Counted from the whole stretch's first letter, positions 11,731 through 25,061 are shown. The stretch is 63,322 nucleotides of DNA, filler included, from Rhabdomonas costata (GCA_019059605.1; 49 parts of 49 records of this genome joined end to end with filler, not necessarily neighbours in it); one strand, 5' to 3'. The notes: a model not told the origin generated them from the letters alone. Program-made: numbers and translations.

Positions 11731-12794
11731 TGGTGGTTCGGGCCCATCGCCATCGCCACGCCCGCGCTGACGCACCGGAACCACCCAAACCCGTTCTCCA
11801 CCGCCCGCCACGACTCCAGCCGCACCGCCCACGGCCCCAACGGGCCCCACGTCTCCGCGGTCTGCAGGAAGAGGTCCACCTTGGCCTGCCCCGCTTGCCG
11901 GATCAGGTCAGGGAACTCCATGTCAAAGCAGATCGCCCCGCTGATCCTGTCCGCGAGCCACAGGAATATGCGCACAGAAAGGACGGGTGCCTGGCATGGG
12001 CAGGTGTGCTTGCACTTGCGTGACCCCGAGGACCCCTGTCTTTCGCAATTTTGTTCACCCTTCGTTTTTGTCTTTTCTTGTGGTTTTTGTGCCCGTGTTC
12101 TAAGCGGTGGACTTGAGCCCTTGTCGCCGCGAGGACCTGTTTTCCCATGACCACGATGACATCGACAGAGATGCAATGCTGACCTGACAATCCAAGAGTG
12201 CAAGAGAAGAGGAAAAGCAGCCCTTTTGAAAGCCATTACTTGGGCATAGGAGCCAAAGCACACCGGAAAGCTTTAGGGACGAAAAGCAAAGGGGAAAGCT
12301 AAAGCTCAAACCACACAAGAGCAACCCAACAGAACACGAAGGCGAGGACAAAGGGCCAAGAATGTAAATGGAAAGGCATTCGACAGGGAGAAAATACGGC
12401 AGCTTGAACGTTGACAATGCCGATTCTGTATGGCAGAAAAAAGGGAATGAACGGCGCGGGCAGGGGGTGAGGGGGTGAGGTCGGATGATGAACAAAGTGG
12501 GAAGAAAGGCACAACGGAATAACAAGCGACTAGTCGTTGAGTCCAAGCGGTTCGTTTTGGTCTCCTCTTCCTGCCCACCAGAATAGTCCTTTCGCGATTT
12601 CTCTATTCAACCCCATTGTGGTGTGCTTCGCGGGGCATGGCACACAGACCTGCCGAACTTCTCCGTGTCCAGGAAGGGCAACTGCCCAGGGCCTGGGGTG
12701 CGGCTGGCCTCCACAATGGGCACGGGGTGGGTCTTGGGGTACTTCCACGCCAGCGAGCCGTTGGGGAAGAACAGGGCAAAGTAGTTGAAGTTTT
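11731..12794 (-). CDS. Apolipoprotein N-acyltransferase-like / carbon-nitrogen hydrolase domain protein, partial, 2 exons
   Basis: Exon 12794-12650 reads NYFALFFPNGSLAWKYPKTHPVPIVE...LPFLDTEKFG. Exon 11946-11731 reads RISGAICFDMEFPDLIRQAG...WRAVENG. The catalytic Lys (K.HPVP) and Cys (ICFD) motifs are present and the phase-2 join is in frame. Confidence 0.88.
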
Positions 12795-12953
12795 CTGTGC
12801 AAGGTTTTTCAATGAGCCTGGGTGTGTGACGGAGCCAACAACAAANNNNNNNNNNNNNNNNNNNNNNNNNNNNNNNNNNNNNNNNNNNNTTAATTAATTA
12901 ANNNNNNNNNNNNNNNNNNNNNNNNNNNNNNNNNNNNNNNNNNNNGTTTTTGG

Positions 12954-13080
12954 GGCAGCAAGCCTTGAAAAGGGGGCATTTTGGCTTCGAAAATGGCTTC
13001 AAAGGGGTAGAAATTCCCTTATTTCACCCCCTTTGAAGCCATTTTCGAAGCCAAAATGCCCCCTTTTCAAGGCTTGCTGC
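12954..13080. repeat. Contig-end fold-back inverted repeat (~55-bp arms)
   Basis: GGCAGCAAGCCTTGAAAAGG...AAAGGGGT is mirrored by ACCCCTTTG...GGCTTGCTGCC across a short loop at the contig start. Confidence 0.85.
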
Positions 13081-14494
13081 CACAAAAATCCGTCACAAGA
13101 GACTCTAAAACGCATTTTCGGAACCCCTACCTCAGAAATATCACGTTGGGTCAATTTACAGGTGGTGGAATTTTCACCATGGACACCCCATTTTCGACAC
13201 TTACATGGTAACACCGAGGCAGGCTTCGAAAACCACGGCACCAAAAATGGGAATAGGTCACTTTAACTTGCTGGAATCGAAGACTACTACTTCGTTCTAT
13301 AGTCCAAAAACACGATTTTTAGTGTTTTTTGAGAAATAATAAGTATAATCATTTTTCGATTGAAGTGCCGCTGGATTTGTTGTTCTTCTAGGTGGCTTGG
13401 CATCACCCTATAAATCAACCCCAAGTTGTCTCCTGCTCCCACCTGCTTCCATTTCATGTGCACATGATGGCAGCATACACCTGGGATTGCCCACAACCAC
13501 CCCCACTACCAGACTCTCTTCCACTCGCTGTTCCCACTGAAACGCCTCCTCGCCAGCTCTGTTTCTCTTCCTCGACAGCCTCCATTTCAGGAGCTCCTCC
13601 TGTTACGGATTCCTCCTCCAGGCCGCTGTTCAGCTGCCATCACGCTGACTTCCGGCGTTAGCAAGGGGTGGAGAGGACTTCAGTCCAGTTTCACACATTG
13701 AGAATGTGCACCTACAATCTGGTTGGTCTGTACCCTCTCCGCGGCTGCAGCTTCATGCCCTCTGGGTGTGCTCCCGTTGCTTGCGACTCCCAGCGCTCAG
13801 CCGGGCCTGCCACCAATGCGGGAAGCACTGCCATAATGGGGCCCCGCGAACCAAAAGGCCAGGTTTGGCGGATTATCCGCATGAAACAGCAATTGAGGCC
13901 TACTTGTCAACACTTGAATCCAATTCGACACTGATCCCTCCAGCCCCGGCATGACCTCTTCCCTCCATGGAGCAGCTATTGGGGACACACGCGGAGACCC
14001 TCCGACACATCCCGAAAGGTGCACCGTTGTATTGCTCCGAATCATACGCTGCCGCGCTGGAAGCTTTCGCCCGGGACCCCAACCACTACACATTTTTTCT
14101 GCTCCAGGGGTTTCCAAAGTTGGTTTTAGCCCCAAACCCNNNNNNNNNNNNNNNNNNNNNNNNNNNNNNNNNNNNNNNNNNNNTTAATTAATTAANNNNN
14201 NNNNNNNNNNNNNNNNNNNNNNNNNNNNNNNNNNNNNNNTGTGGTGGGTGTGTGTGGGGTGTTGGGTGCGTAATTGATACTTTCCATCCTGTGAAGCCTT
14301 GCCGCAACCATTTTCATTGCCTTACAGTTCTTTGTCATTTGTGAACAGCCTGTCACGCTCTTCACAGGCAGTGGGACCTGGTAGACCCGTGACCATCGAG
14401 GTTGGGGAACCTGGGGGTACCTGGACTCCTCCAATAAAAAATTGGCGACGTCGGTGTTATGTGTACTGCGAACCACCTTCTTCGTTTTCCACAG

Positions 14495-14933
14495 GCCGGC
14501 CTGAAGGAAGAGAAGCGCCACCTCAAGGAGCTGCAGGAGCAGTTTGCCACGGAGAGGGACAAGTTCAGGATTGAGCTAGGGCGGGCCAAGGAGGAGCTGG
14601 TACTCCGCAGCAACCACCAACGAAATAGAGAGAGAGCACTGACCCACATGGATTTGAATTCGAAATCCGATGAGAGATAAAAGCCAGATAAAAGCCCCTT
14701 TGGACGAATGTCATTTTCGGCTGATAAACTGCCTGGATTCCAGTGCCGCGTTGACATGTGGGAAGTGGATCCTCCTCGATTCCCTTTCTTGCCTTTTTGG
14801 AGAATGTGATCCTTTCATCAAGCACGAAAAAGAAAGTGTGGTTCAACGTTTCCTGCAGCTGTACTGGAAAGAGAAGGCTCTAAGCCGCGAGCGCAGCGCG
14901 CTGAGCCGCCGGTCCAGCCGCAACGTGGTAAAG
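14495..14933 (+). CDS. Coiled-coil protein, partial, 2 exons
   Basis: Exon 14495-14599 reads AGLKEEKRHLKELQEQFATERDKFRIELGRAKEEL. The exon from 14859 reads LYWKEKALSRER. The 3' end is uncertain. Confidence 0.55.
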
Positions 14934-16984
14934 GTGCTGAAGGGCGGCCAGCGGCATACCACCACTGCCGCCCCTGGCAGTGGCCCTGGACTCCCGTTGC
15001 CACCCCTGGACAACCCCTGAGATACGTCCAAGCGATTTCCTTCGTTTGGAAATTTGTGTTCGTGACTTCAGTGTACACCAACACCTTGTGACGCTGTCCT
15101 GTTGTATACTTAGATTTCGTCCTGAACTGGCAGGCACACCGAGACGGTGTTGCTTAGAGAGCGGGATGGAAATGTCGGGAAACGTCAGAAAAGTATTCTG
15201 GAAGGACAAGCTGGTCCTGAAAAGAAGAGGCCCTCTTCATACCCTCGGTCGAGGAGATGAAGCTCACTCTCATATGAGGTGGTTGCTCTGTTGCTGAACC
15301 ATTATATGGTCTTTCTCACAATTACATTTTTGAGACGGCTGTGTGGTGCTTAACGATGAATCGGCCCTCGCGTTGCGCAGCTTCCACGATTCTCCGACAC
15401 ATGAAACGATAATGCTCCTGCCCCCAACCCCCCNNNNNNNNNNNNNNNNNNNNNNNNNNNNNNNNNNNNNNNNNNNNTTAATTAATTAANNNNNNNNNNN
15501 NNNNNNNNNNNNNNNNNNNNNNNNNNNNNNNNNGTGTGGGGTTTTCGCTTCTTACTTGCCCGACTACCTGCGTGTCTGCTTTGCCTGCTTTATTCACTGT
15601 ATTTGTCGTACCCCAGTGCGGAACTTTTTACTTTGCATTTTCGCCTTGCTGTTGTGAGCATTATGTTGCGGCAAGAACAGGGTGTCCGAAGGCATACGGA
15701 GATTAGGCAGCACAGATGGCGGGAGCAATGGGGTGGTGCTGATCTTTCACCGCTGTGTAGAAGGGCGCCTTCAATTAGGAAGGAACTCGAGAGAGGGAGG
15801 GAGTTGAGTGATTGCGGGGAAACCCCTAGAAAGAAAACGAGATGGGGGGGGTAAACCGTCAACGAGGGGGTGCACACAGAATAAACAAACACCGACAAGA
15901 AACCTTAGGAAAATGGAATCAATGAAGCACATGCGTGAAACAGATCCAAGCAAATACAAAAGTTTTATGGAGTTGAGGGACAGACGCGGTTTCATGCCCG
16001 CGTCACAATCATCCATCCGGCTTTGGGTAGGGCCACCCTGTAATTGATAGTGTCGACGACTAAGGGCAACTCAAGCGTAGAACTTCAAGTCGGGTGGTGT
16101 CCCAGTTCTGCGGGCTGCCCCTTGGCAGGTCCCGTGTGTGTCTCTTTTCGTGCAGCTACAGAGCTTTGGACGGGGTGGTAACCGTCAGCAATGGTGACAA
16201 TTCTTCTATGGCAGTATATTTAAAGAAAGGCCCCCCTGGTCACGTTCCGTACCCGCGACGCTGGCCTTTGCCAATACAGCAATGCTGTCCTACTCATCCG
16301 CCAATATCCCAGCCATTGGCTAGTCTTCATCAAGCAGTAGCTTCGAGCTACTAAGCAAAAACACTCGTCCAGGGAACACTACAAAAAAGTCAGTTCGAGA
16401 AAGCTGGCATAATACCTAACCCTGTTCAAGTTCATTTAGCAAAAGAAAATTTTAAGCAAAAACCCCAGTTGTCTGTAACCGTTACGTCCCCCTCTCCCGC
16501 CCGACATTTACGGAAGGATTCCAATCTCAATTTCAGCTAGGCCATGGTAGGATCTGTTGGTCAGGTCAGGTTATCAGCGCTGGTCTGCTACTTGCCCCGT
16601 GAGTGCGTGGTCAGTTTTATTAGGCGCATCACCCATCCTCTCCTTTCACTGTGAAGTAAGACAGGAACTCCACAGACAGCCATGTACATGCCACTGCAGG
16701 AGGTGACAGTGCCTGCCCAACAACCCCNNNNNNNNNNNNNNNNNNNNNNNNNNNNNNNNNNNNNNNNNNNNTTAATTAATTAANNNNNNNNNNNNNNNNN
16801 NNNNNNNNNNNNNNNNNNNNNNNNNNNCCCTCACTGCCAGGGGTGGTCGAACCCCACCATTTTTCGCAAAGCTTCTCAAAACAACACTGGCTTCGGAGAA
16901 GTCGCCTAAAGCTGTAGGTATTGCGGACTTAACCCCTTCCGTTGAGTGGTAGGGCCCTCTCCCTTCTCGACGCCACCCACGCAC

Positions 16985-17748
16985 CGCTGGGGGAGCACGG
17001 TGTCGAGGTACTTCTTCATGCGCTCTGCGTCGGCACGACCGGGCAGGAAGACCAGCATGGACTGGTGCGGCAGACTGCGCTGCGCAATGAATTGGATCAG
17101 CGCCTGTTTTGTGCAAGACAAAATACATAAGAGAGACGAGCGAAGAACATGAAGGACAGAATTTCGCATTTTTGGTCCAAATCTTCTTTCGCGATTTTCT
17201 TATGATTTTTTTAAAACCATTGTGAACGTCTGTTTTTTTTTCATTTCTTTAAATTTTTGGACTTTTTTTTGGGGGGGGGGGGACAACAGGCCACACTTTC
17301 ACAGTGAAAAATGGCATAGAGCGCTCTCACAAAGTGCCGATGAACGCACCCCGCGTTTTTTTTTCGGGAAACATCCGGTGACCCGAACGTCGGAACGTCC
17401 CCAAGGAAAACAGCAGTGTGCTTTCTTGGGGAGACGGGTACCTTTTCTCCGTGTCCCTTTACACCCTAATTTACACCCTTTACACCCATTGTGAAGGGGG
17501 AGCGGTAGAGAAGATATATAATTGTGTTTTTTACTCCGCAGGAACTTTCTCGTTAGCGGAACCCTGGGCTTTGGCTCCAAACGTCGAAAGCCATGAAATA
17601 TGAAAGCACTCGCTTAGGCAGGACGAGAGCGAGAGTGTGTGCGTGTGAGAGCAGCGGCAGACCTGGGCCACGAAATAGATGTTCTCGACGTCGCTGGGGT
17701 GCACGGACTGTCCCACGTTGAAATGCTTCGGGGGGTTGATCGCCAGCC
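16985..17748 (-). CDS. DEAH-box RNA helicase, internal fragment, 2 exons
   Basis: Exons 17748-17663 and 17103-16985 join in phase 0. SMLVFLPGRADAERM matches DEAH/RHA motif IV (ILVFLPG). Confidence 0.75.
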
Positions 17749-18672
17749 CTGGGTGCCAACACGATCGATTCACAACAACAGGGGCTTCCTGTGTGGCTTT
17801 TGGGAAGGAAGAGCGCATGTCAGGGACCAGCTATTTTCGCTTCATGCTCCGAACCTGGTCTCACACCCTACCTTTGCCTGTGTGAAGGTAGGGTTTTTAA
17901 GAAGGCCCAATGGAAGCTGAAGGGGGGTGGAAGTGGCAAAGGTTAGCAGTGGTGACATAAAGCTGGCTCAACACTTATGCTAAATTATTTTGAAAAAGGT
18001 CAGGTCAAACAAGCCAGCANNNNNNNNNNNNNNNNNNNNNNNNNNNNNNNNNNNNNNNNNNNNTTAATTAATTAANNNNNNNNNNNNNNNNNNNNNNNNN
18101 NNNNNNNNNNNNNNNNNNNTTTTGTTTTTCTCACACATTTTTTCAACATCAGCCGGATGGCTTCTTCTGAAAGGTCAGTGTTTAGATAGGTCTACGGTGT
18201 ATGCGCAGTCTTGTCCCAAGATTGACCCATGAGGGGAAGAGGGAACAAAGATGCAGAATGAATTCTTTGATTTTAAATATGAGTTTTGTGAACTAGTTTT
18301 TCAGCGAACTGTAACTTCGGCATCGCTTGTACTCGCGCAAAACGCAACTTTCGGAACGAAACCCATGCTTTCGCCCTCTCCTGCATTTTTGGTGGGGATA
18401 GGGGGGTGACCTGGAACATGCAAATGCTATTGAAGCGCAAATTTTGCCTAATTTTGTCTATGTTTTTCTAATCTCTGGTGATATTTTTGCCTTTTGAGCA
18501 TTTTATGACCGTTTGAAAATTGACTTTTTGGGGGAGCTTGCTGGAGACTTCACAAGCAAGGGAAGGTCATGGCGCAGGAAGTAATTTCAGGGGGGGCTAT
18601 GTCTTAGGATCCTTTTTAAATTGTCAGCCGGTTTCCAGGTGTAGCTCAGCCATCCTTCATTCCCCTGGTTAG

Positions 18673-18926
18673 GTCGCCGAGGGGTACCCCGACGTGATCC
18701 ATGACGAGCACCTCCTGGACAGCTTCATGTACAAGATCACCAGCCACCCCCACGACTACGACGTCGTGCTGGCGGGCAACACCTGGGGCAACATCATCAG
18801 CAACGCCTACGCCCCCATGGTGGGTGGTCTGGGGATGGTCGAGGGGATCAACCTGGGCGACAACTTCGTCCTGGGCGAGCCCGTGCACGGCGCCCCGCGC
18901 AACATGGAGGGCCAGGGCATCGCGAA
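18673..18926 (+). CDS. Isocitrate/isopropylmalate dehydrogenase family protein, internal exon
   Basis: The AG/GT-bounded exon reads VAEGYPDVIHDEHLLDSFMYKITSHPHDYDVVLAGNTWGNIISNAYAPMVGGLGMVEGINLGDNFVLGEPVHGAPRNMEGQGIA(N). Confidence 0.9.
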
Positions 18927-19818
18927 GTATGCAGTCGACCCCCGTACCCGCTGGGAAAAAAGTGCAACCTGCAAAAAAAAATTTGTCATTTTTTGCATGT
19001 TCGACCCCTCCGGCAATTTTTTGCATGTTTAAGCACTTTTTTGCATCTCATTTTGACGGTTTCGTGGCCCCAAGTTGCATTTTTTTCCTTCCGGTGTTGG
19101 TTTGTGGGCCCCCACAGCTGTCACCACCAGTGCCTGCTGCGAAAGGAGACGGAAATTCTTCTGACGCTTGCCTAAAAGGAGGGATGAGTGTCCTGAGGCC
19201 TTTTGCATCCATCAATGGACCGGGGGCTTTCAAGGAGTTGGAGCAAAGCAGAAGAGAAGCTTGGACCCTCTCTGAGCGTTCCAAGCTTCTCTTCTGCTTT
19301 GCTCCAACACCCCNNNNNNNNNNNNNNNNNNNNNNNNNNNNNNNNNNNNNNNNNNNNTTAATTAATTAANNNNNNNNNNNNNNNNNNNNNNNNNNNNNNN
19401 NNNNNNNNNNNNNTTGTGGGGTTCGTATTGTGTTTTGTGAGAAAGTCTTAAGCAGAATAAGTCCCACTGGTGTCACAGTGCTGCCAGAGCGCCGGCAAGG
19501 GGCAGTGAGTCAGTGCTTTGCACCCAAGGTGCCGGAATTTTTTATGACGTTCCCCCTCTTCTCAGGGTCCGTAGAACATAATACCGGATGCCGCCGCCCA
19601 AGTTTTTGGTCGAGGGTGGTCACCAGGGTGCTGGGAAAGTGTAGTTTCGAAAGTACGGGGAACTTTGCTCACATCAAAATATCCGCATGTGTGCAGAGGA
19701 AACTTTGGTTTCACATTCTAATGTCACCGTTGAGAGAAAAGCATTTTTGGTAGGTTCTTCCGCACCTCCTCTGCGCACTCCGGTGTGGGCCTTTCTTTCT
19801 CTTTCTTTTTCTTCTCAG

Positions 19819-19950
19819 GAAGCCCAGAAGGAGATCTTCCCCGTGAAATGCGCAATTCAAGCGGTACGGCACATCTTGGTGTGCCCAGGGGCCCGGGAAG
19901 CCGTCCGCTCGGCTGTGCCTGCCCTGGTCGAGGCACTGCTCCCGCTAATG
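19819..19950 (+). CDS. HEAT/ARM repeat exon, possibly importin-beta family (importin-7/8-like)
   Basis: A 132-nt AG/GT-bounded exon reads IFPVKCAIQAVRHIL...VPALVEALLPLM, an amphipathic HEAT-like helix pair. Confidence 0.45.
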
Positions 19951-21356
19951 GTGTGTGCGTTTTGCGTGGACGAGCATCCCACTTCTCTTCCTAAAGAGAG
20001 AGGATGAAAACCGTATGTGGAGGAGGCGTGAGGTGGAATGCGCGCGGGTACCCATTTGGAGGTTCCAGCCTCGCCCCCCTCCTGTCCCAGAGAGCACCCG
20101 AGAGTCTTCTGGTCCTTAATGATTTGGTATGGGCAGCGTACAAAAAGCGAGGCCTGGTTTCCATTTTTCTAACCTTCGCTGCATCGTTGTATACGTCGAT
20201 GATACCTAAAGTTCTTTTTCCCTTCGTGGTACTCGGAGTCCTCGGATATTTCCTGGCATTAACCCGTGATAGGGCTCGCGTGCGTTTGCCTGGGAGCAGT
20301 AATTTCTGCTGTGGGGCAAAGTGAAAATTGCGTAGTTGCGTGATGCTGTGACGCTTCCAGTAGCCAAGGGGCAGTTTTTTAGAACATGATAGGTTCTTCT
20401 GCACCGTAAGTGTCCCTCTCCTTGAATCGCTTGTGCCCTTCGCCCTCTATCTCATGTTCTTTCCTTCCTTATCCGTTTCTTGACTATTTGCTGACTGCTG
20501 TTGACATCCCCGAAGACGGTGTTTTGCTGCATTGCTGGGTCGGTCATAGTGCCTGTAGTTGTGGAGATTGTCTTCTTAGGGAGAAGACAATCACCACAAC
20601 ANNNNNNNNNNNNNNNNNNNNNNNNNNNNNNNNNNNNNNNNNNNNTTAATTAATTAANNNNNNNNNNNNNNNNNNNNNNNNNNNNNNNNNNNNNNNNNNN
20701 NGTGTTGGTGTGTTTGGGGGGGGTGTTGACAAAATGGGGGAAAGTTCACACAGCTTAACATTGGGAATGAAGCAAGCAATCTGTCAGACTGCCTTTGTTT
20801 TGCGATGAAGCGTTCAAAAGTAATCAAGCATGAGGTACGAATGCTGGATGGCCATCATTCCCAGTCTGTGTCTTCGCCAGGGTTTTAACCAGAACGAGTT
20901 CTCCAGCAGACATCCTTTCGTGGGACTCTCAGGAGCCCCATTGATTGTCTTGGACATTTTTTTTGCTCATTTCGCCAGGAATTCTGTCTGTGAGACAGAA
21001 CGAGGACACATTTTTAGATTTCCCAGTCACCGGGCTTGGAGAACATCTCAGAATAAACTCTAGTTCAACCTTTTCAGTGAACCAATTCACACCTGATGCA
21101 GAGGTTCTTGATATTGAGATGGTAATATCACCATGAACATGTTACTTCACCCACCCCGGAAGCGGTCAAAGCTCATAGATTTCCAAACAGCCGTTGAAAT
21201 GCCTCATGTTACGTTTTCCTGCGCCTCAAATTTATTTCTTATCAGTCATACATTGACGATTTTCCCATAAAAGCTGGTCCCAAGGAAAAAGATTTCGTAA
21301 ACCCCTTTGTATCAAATATTGGATGCAATCCCAGTGATGCGTGCTGTTGTGGCAAG

Positions 21357-21520
21357 GTATCTTGTGCGCGATAGAGCTTTCCGGGGGCTGGTGCTGGATT
21401 CGTGCCCCGCGGTGAGCACGTGGAAATTCCGGTGGAGGATGTTCGAAACCCGGGCCTTCGCCTCCTCGGGATGGTGGGTGCCCTACGTGCACCAGCTGCT
21501 CTGGCCTCTGACCTCCACAG
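21357..21520 (+). CDS. DUF829/TMEM53-like alpha/beta-hydrolase fold exon
   Basis: GC-rich exon containing RGLVLDSCP, similar to the G.IFDS.P motif. Confidence 0.5.
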
Positions 21521-24500
21521 GTGCACCTCAGATGCACCTCCATTAGTGAAGAATTCGGCTTCCCGCGCCCATCACATGCATCATTTCCCTTCACCCTTTA
21601 CCCAAAAGACAGAACTTGGGTGCTTTTTCCCTCACGCGCTGTCTCTCTCTGTCTGGTTGCATTCTTGCTGCTGTGTTTTGTGCTAGAACTGAAGAAATTC
21701 CTTTTTGCGGTTTTGGGGCCTGTGCTGGTGTGGAAAGCTAGTGTCAGGCTCGATCCACAACCACCGCAAAAACTAAGGATATCGGACACTTTCTTGTTGC
21801 ACCTTTGTCATGGTCAGAATCAATAAGAACTGCTTGGTACCAAGCAGAGCCCAAAAACCCAGGAGGTTGTTTATGGCCTTCGCGCCAAAAACACCNNNNN
21901 NNNNNNNNNNNNNNNNNNNNNNNNNNNNNNNNNNNNNNNTTAATTAATTAANNNNNNNNNNNNNNNNNNNNNNNNNNNNNNNNNNNNNNNNNNNNGGGTT
22001 TTTGGGGAGGCCGATGCAAACGAGAAAAAATGCTTGCCCCTTTCATAACGAAAGGAATAATTTGCTGACACACTCCACTGGAGTCTCACGGTATTGCCGC
22101 CACTGCACTGCAGCTCGTCAAAGTAGAATCCTACATCTTTAGGCAGTGAAATTTCAGCCGCCCTGCTTTTTTCTTGAACCAGGACTCCGACACTGACAAC
22201 AAGCAAAGCACAGAGGTCTGTTCAAAAAAATCGGCAAGAGTGCGGGAAAAAACACGCGGGTAATGGGGGAGTCCATCCGCACCACCTCGCCCCACAGCTC
22301 TTGCTGCATTACCCATCCCAAGACGGACGGTGGGCGGTTCCGTGCCACAATGGTGGCTGCAGGGCACTCTTACAGTATTAGGGACGCCAACCCAAAGTGG
22401 CTGTACAAGGCTGGGGCAGCTATGCCCCACTTGGGGGTTTATCATTGGAAAAAATGAAAGACCAGCACGGGAGTTCGCCCACGCGTACGCGTGTATGTAC
22501 GTATTTCCGCTGCTGGAGGCTGAGGGAGTTGGAAAAAGAGGAAAGACGGCAGGGGAAGCCGAACAGAACTATCGCCAATCATGGTGCGGCGATGAGAGCA
22601 AAGGGGGAGGGCGACACCGCTATTTCACTGCGCAAACAAAGGTGGCAGCAAGCGCCGTGTAAGGTGTCCCATCGATTGCCACCCTCACCCCACCCGGCCA
22701 ACCTCACATTCCAAAACGGTTGGCGCACACCCAACACTGGAGAAGAGGAAGAGAAGACTGTGCATCTTCCAGCCTTGGTACAGGGAATGAACAGACAGCG
22801 GAGAATGGAAGAAAGAAAGAAAGAAGAATAGCCCTGAAAGCTAACAAAACAACTTCCACAAAACCCCCAAAAACAGACACTCAAGCTTACACCTCACACA
22901 CATACATGCAGCTGGGTGAGAGGCAGCCCTGTGGACCTCCACCCTCAACGCATCAACATCGTAGCAACCCTCCCGCCTCCTCACTCACACTCCGCGGCCC
23001 AACGCGTGGACTTTACATAGGCGGATCAACCTTCACGGGGTGTATGAGACATGCTCCAGAGCTCTTTCGCAGAGGAAAAATAAAAACGCAAACCTGAAAA
23101 CAGGCACACACACATGCTCGCGCGAACGCACCGCTTTTCCGGTGGTTACCGAGACACAGAAGAGGGGAGAGAAACCTTTACAAACCACANNNNNNNNNNN
23201 NNNNNNNNNNNNNNNNNNNNNNNNNNNNNNNNNTTAATTAATTAANNNNNNNNNNNNNNNNNNNNNNNNNNNNNNNNNNNNNNNNNNNNGGTGTTTTTGC
23301 ACCAGACAAACTCTTATGTCCTGAAGGCGGACTGAATTGCCGAATTGTCGAGATCGCCACTCAAGCCAGTACTTCGTTTGGTGTAGAAGAGAGGCAGTTC
23401 CTGGATACTCGACATGGTTGGACGTTTTAGGGTCAAAATTGGTGATGCCATGACCACGTGGTGACACCAGGGCGGCTATGATACCACTACGCAACTCCAC
23501 TATAGCATAGCCATAAAATAGCATAACACAGGATATACGTGTGTGTATGCCCTGCGATATGCCATAATACCACTGGGTATATCGGGTATATATTGGGTCG
23601 GTAGGTGGGTTGTAGCACTCTGCGGAAGGTGAAACTTGGCGAAAACGATGTTTTGTAGTCGTATCGTAATTAGGAGGAATCCGGTGGCTTTGAAGATGAG
23701 CGAAAAAGCCAGTATTCCCCCGCAAACACAGCTTTCACACCAAAATTCCCCTTCATTTTATGAGACAAAGCGCAATTCTAAAATGCACTTTTTGGGGTTC
23801 ACAATTCCATCCCCAGTTCAAACCCCGATTTTCCCATTGGGTCAATGCTGACTTTTTTGATAGGCTGGGTCTTCGGGAGGGCAAGAGGAGTTCTGGAGAC
23901 GGAGAAGCAAAAAGTTCTTGAATCATTAACCTCCTTTTGTACCGTAGGATGGGGCATTATAAAATCGAGCTTCGGCAGCTCTTTTTCCTTTTTATACCGC
24001 TCTGGGTGCTCTTTTTTTTTTCGAGCACGCGTGATCAATATGTGTGATTGCCAATGTTCATTTGGACTGTCAATTTGATCACATCCTTTCGCGCGATCCC
24101 ATTGCCACCCCTTTCCTACCCACTGCGCCACTCCACTGGCATATCACTGCGAGCTCATCAAAGCAAAATAGGGCACCCAAAAATCAGCAGAGCAACGACC
24201 GGAACCAGCTCAGCAGGAAAGTCACCACGCTTCTCAACAAAAATACATCGCGGAACACACTACGCCGCGCAGAAGCAAAAAAAAAAGCATTGCCTTTGAC
24301 AGGTGCGCTAATATTTGGTGAACGAGGCCTGACATCTGCCGAATTTGGAAGGAAACTGCGGAGGAAAAGCTGCACAGGAGCAGATGCGCACTTCACATCC
24401 CCAGCGAAACTCTTTTTGAACTCTGTAACGTGCTCCTTGTATACGGAAACAAGAATTTTGATTTCACTCGACGTATAAGCTCCNNNNNNNNNNNNNNNNN

Positions 24501-24616
24501 NNNNNNNNNNNNNNNNNNNNNNNNNNNTTAATTAATTAANNNNNNNNNNNNNNNNNNNNNNNNNNNNNNNNNNNNNNNNNNNNAGATACTCCCCGTTATT
24601 GCCAATCTTGTAATTG

Positions 24617-24712
24617 GGTAGGTAGGTAGGTAGGTAGGTAGGTAGGTAGGTAGGTAGGTAGGTAGGTAGGTAGGTAGGTAGGTAGGTAGGTAGGTAGGTA
24701 GGTAGGTAGGTA
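24617..24712 (+). repeat. (GGTA)n microsatellite, ~24 units
   Basis: Perfect tetranucleotide array. Confidence 0.97.
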
Positions 24713-24909
24713 TGCTTTTTCTTTGTGCCGAATCGAATCTTTCTGAAAAACAACCACATGTTAAATATGGTTCATCGCCTCGCGCACGTTTAGAAATCGT
24801 GTCCCTGGTTAAAGGGGAACGGTGATGCCAGATTCAAATATCGACCCTAGACTCGCATAAGAGAGAACTTTCGCCCGCTCCCCCTCCTCCCCCGCTCCTT
24901 AGAAGGCAC

Positions 24910-25061
24910 GCATGCCAGGCCGTGGGGAAGTTATGGAAGATGATGGTGTCCGGGATCCGGAACCGCAGCGGCCGGTCCTCGAGCCCGCTGCGCTTCTTGC
25001 TGAGGTAGAAGAACAGGTTGAACGCCGCGCCGTCGCCGTCCAAAGGGTGCAGCAAAGACAT
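24910..25061 (-). CDS. Hypothetical protein, first coding exon
   Basis: ATG at 25061 opens a strongly GC3-biased frame, MSLLHPLDGDGAAFNLFFYLSKKRSGLEDRPLRFRIPDTIIFHNFPTAW. The donor is either 24915 (GC) or 24909 (GT). Confidence 0.6.

Noticed and set aside
13430..13740. Possible zinc knuckle followed by an endonuclease start (LRMCTYNLVGL) of a LINE
   Set aside because: Only one short motif is present and no downstream APE motifs are recognisable.
16094..16240. QFCGLPLG / DNSSMAVYLKKG resembling DIRS RT or RNase H motifs
   Set aside because: The spacing is incompatible with the real domains and there is no YxDD.
24532..24759. ORF with (TYLP)n repeat
   Set aside because: It is the translation of a (GGTA)n microsatellite.
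24908..24916. GC-AG intron donor (GCATGC)
   Set aside because: A GT donor in the same phase lies 6 nt downstream and the next exon is not available to decide.
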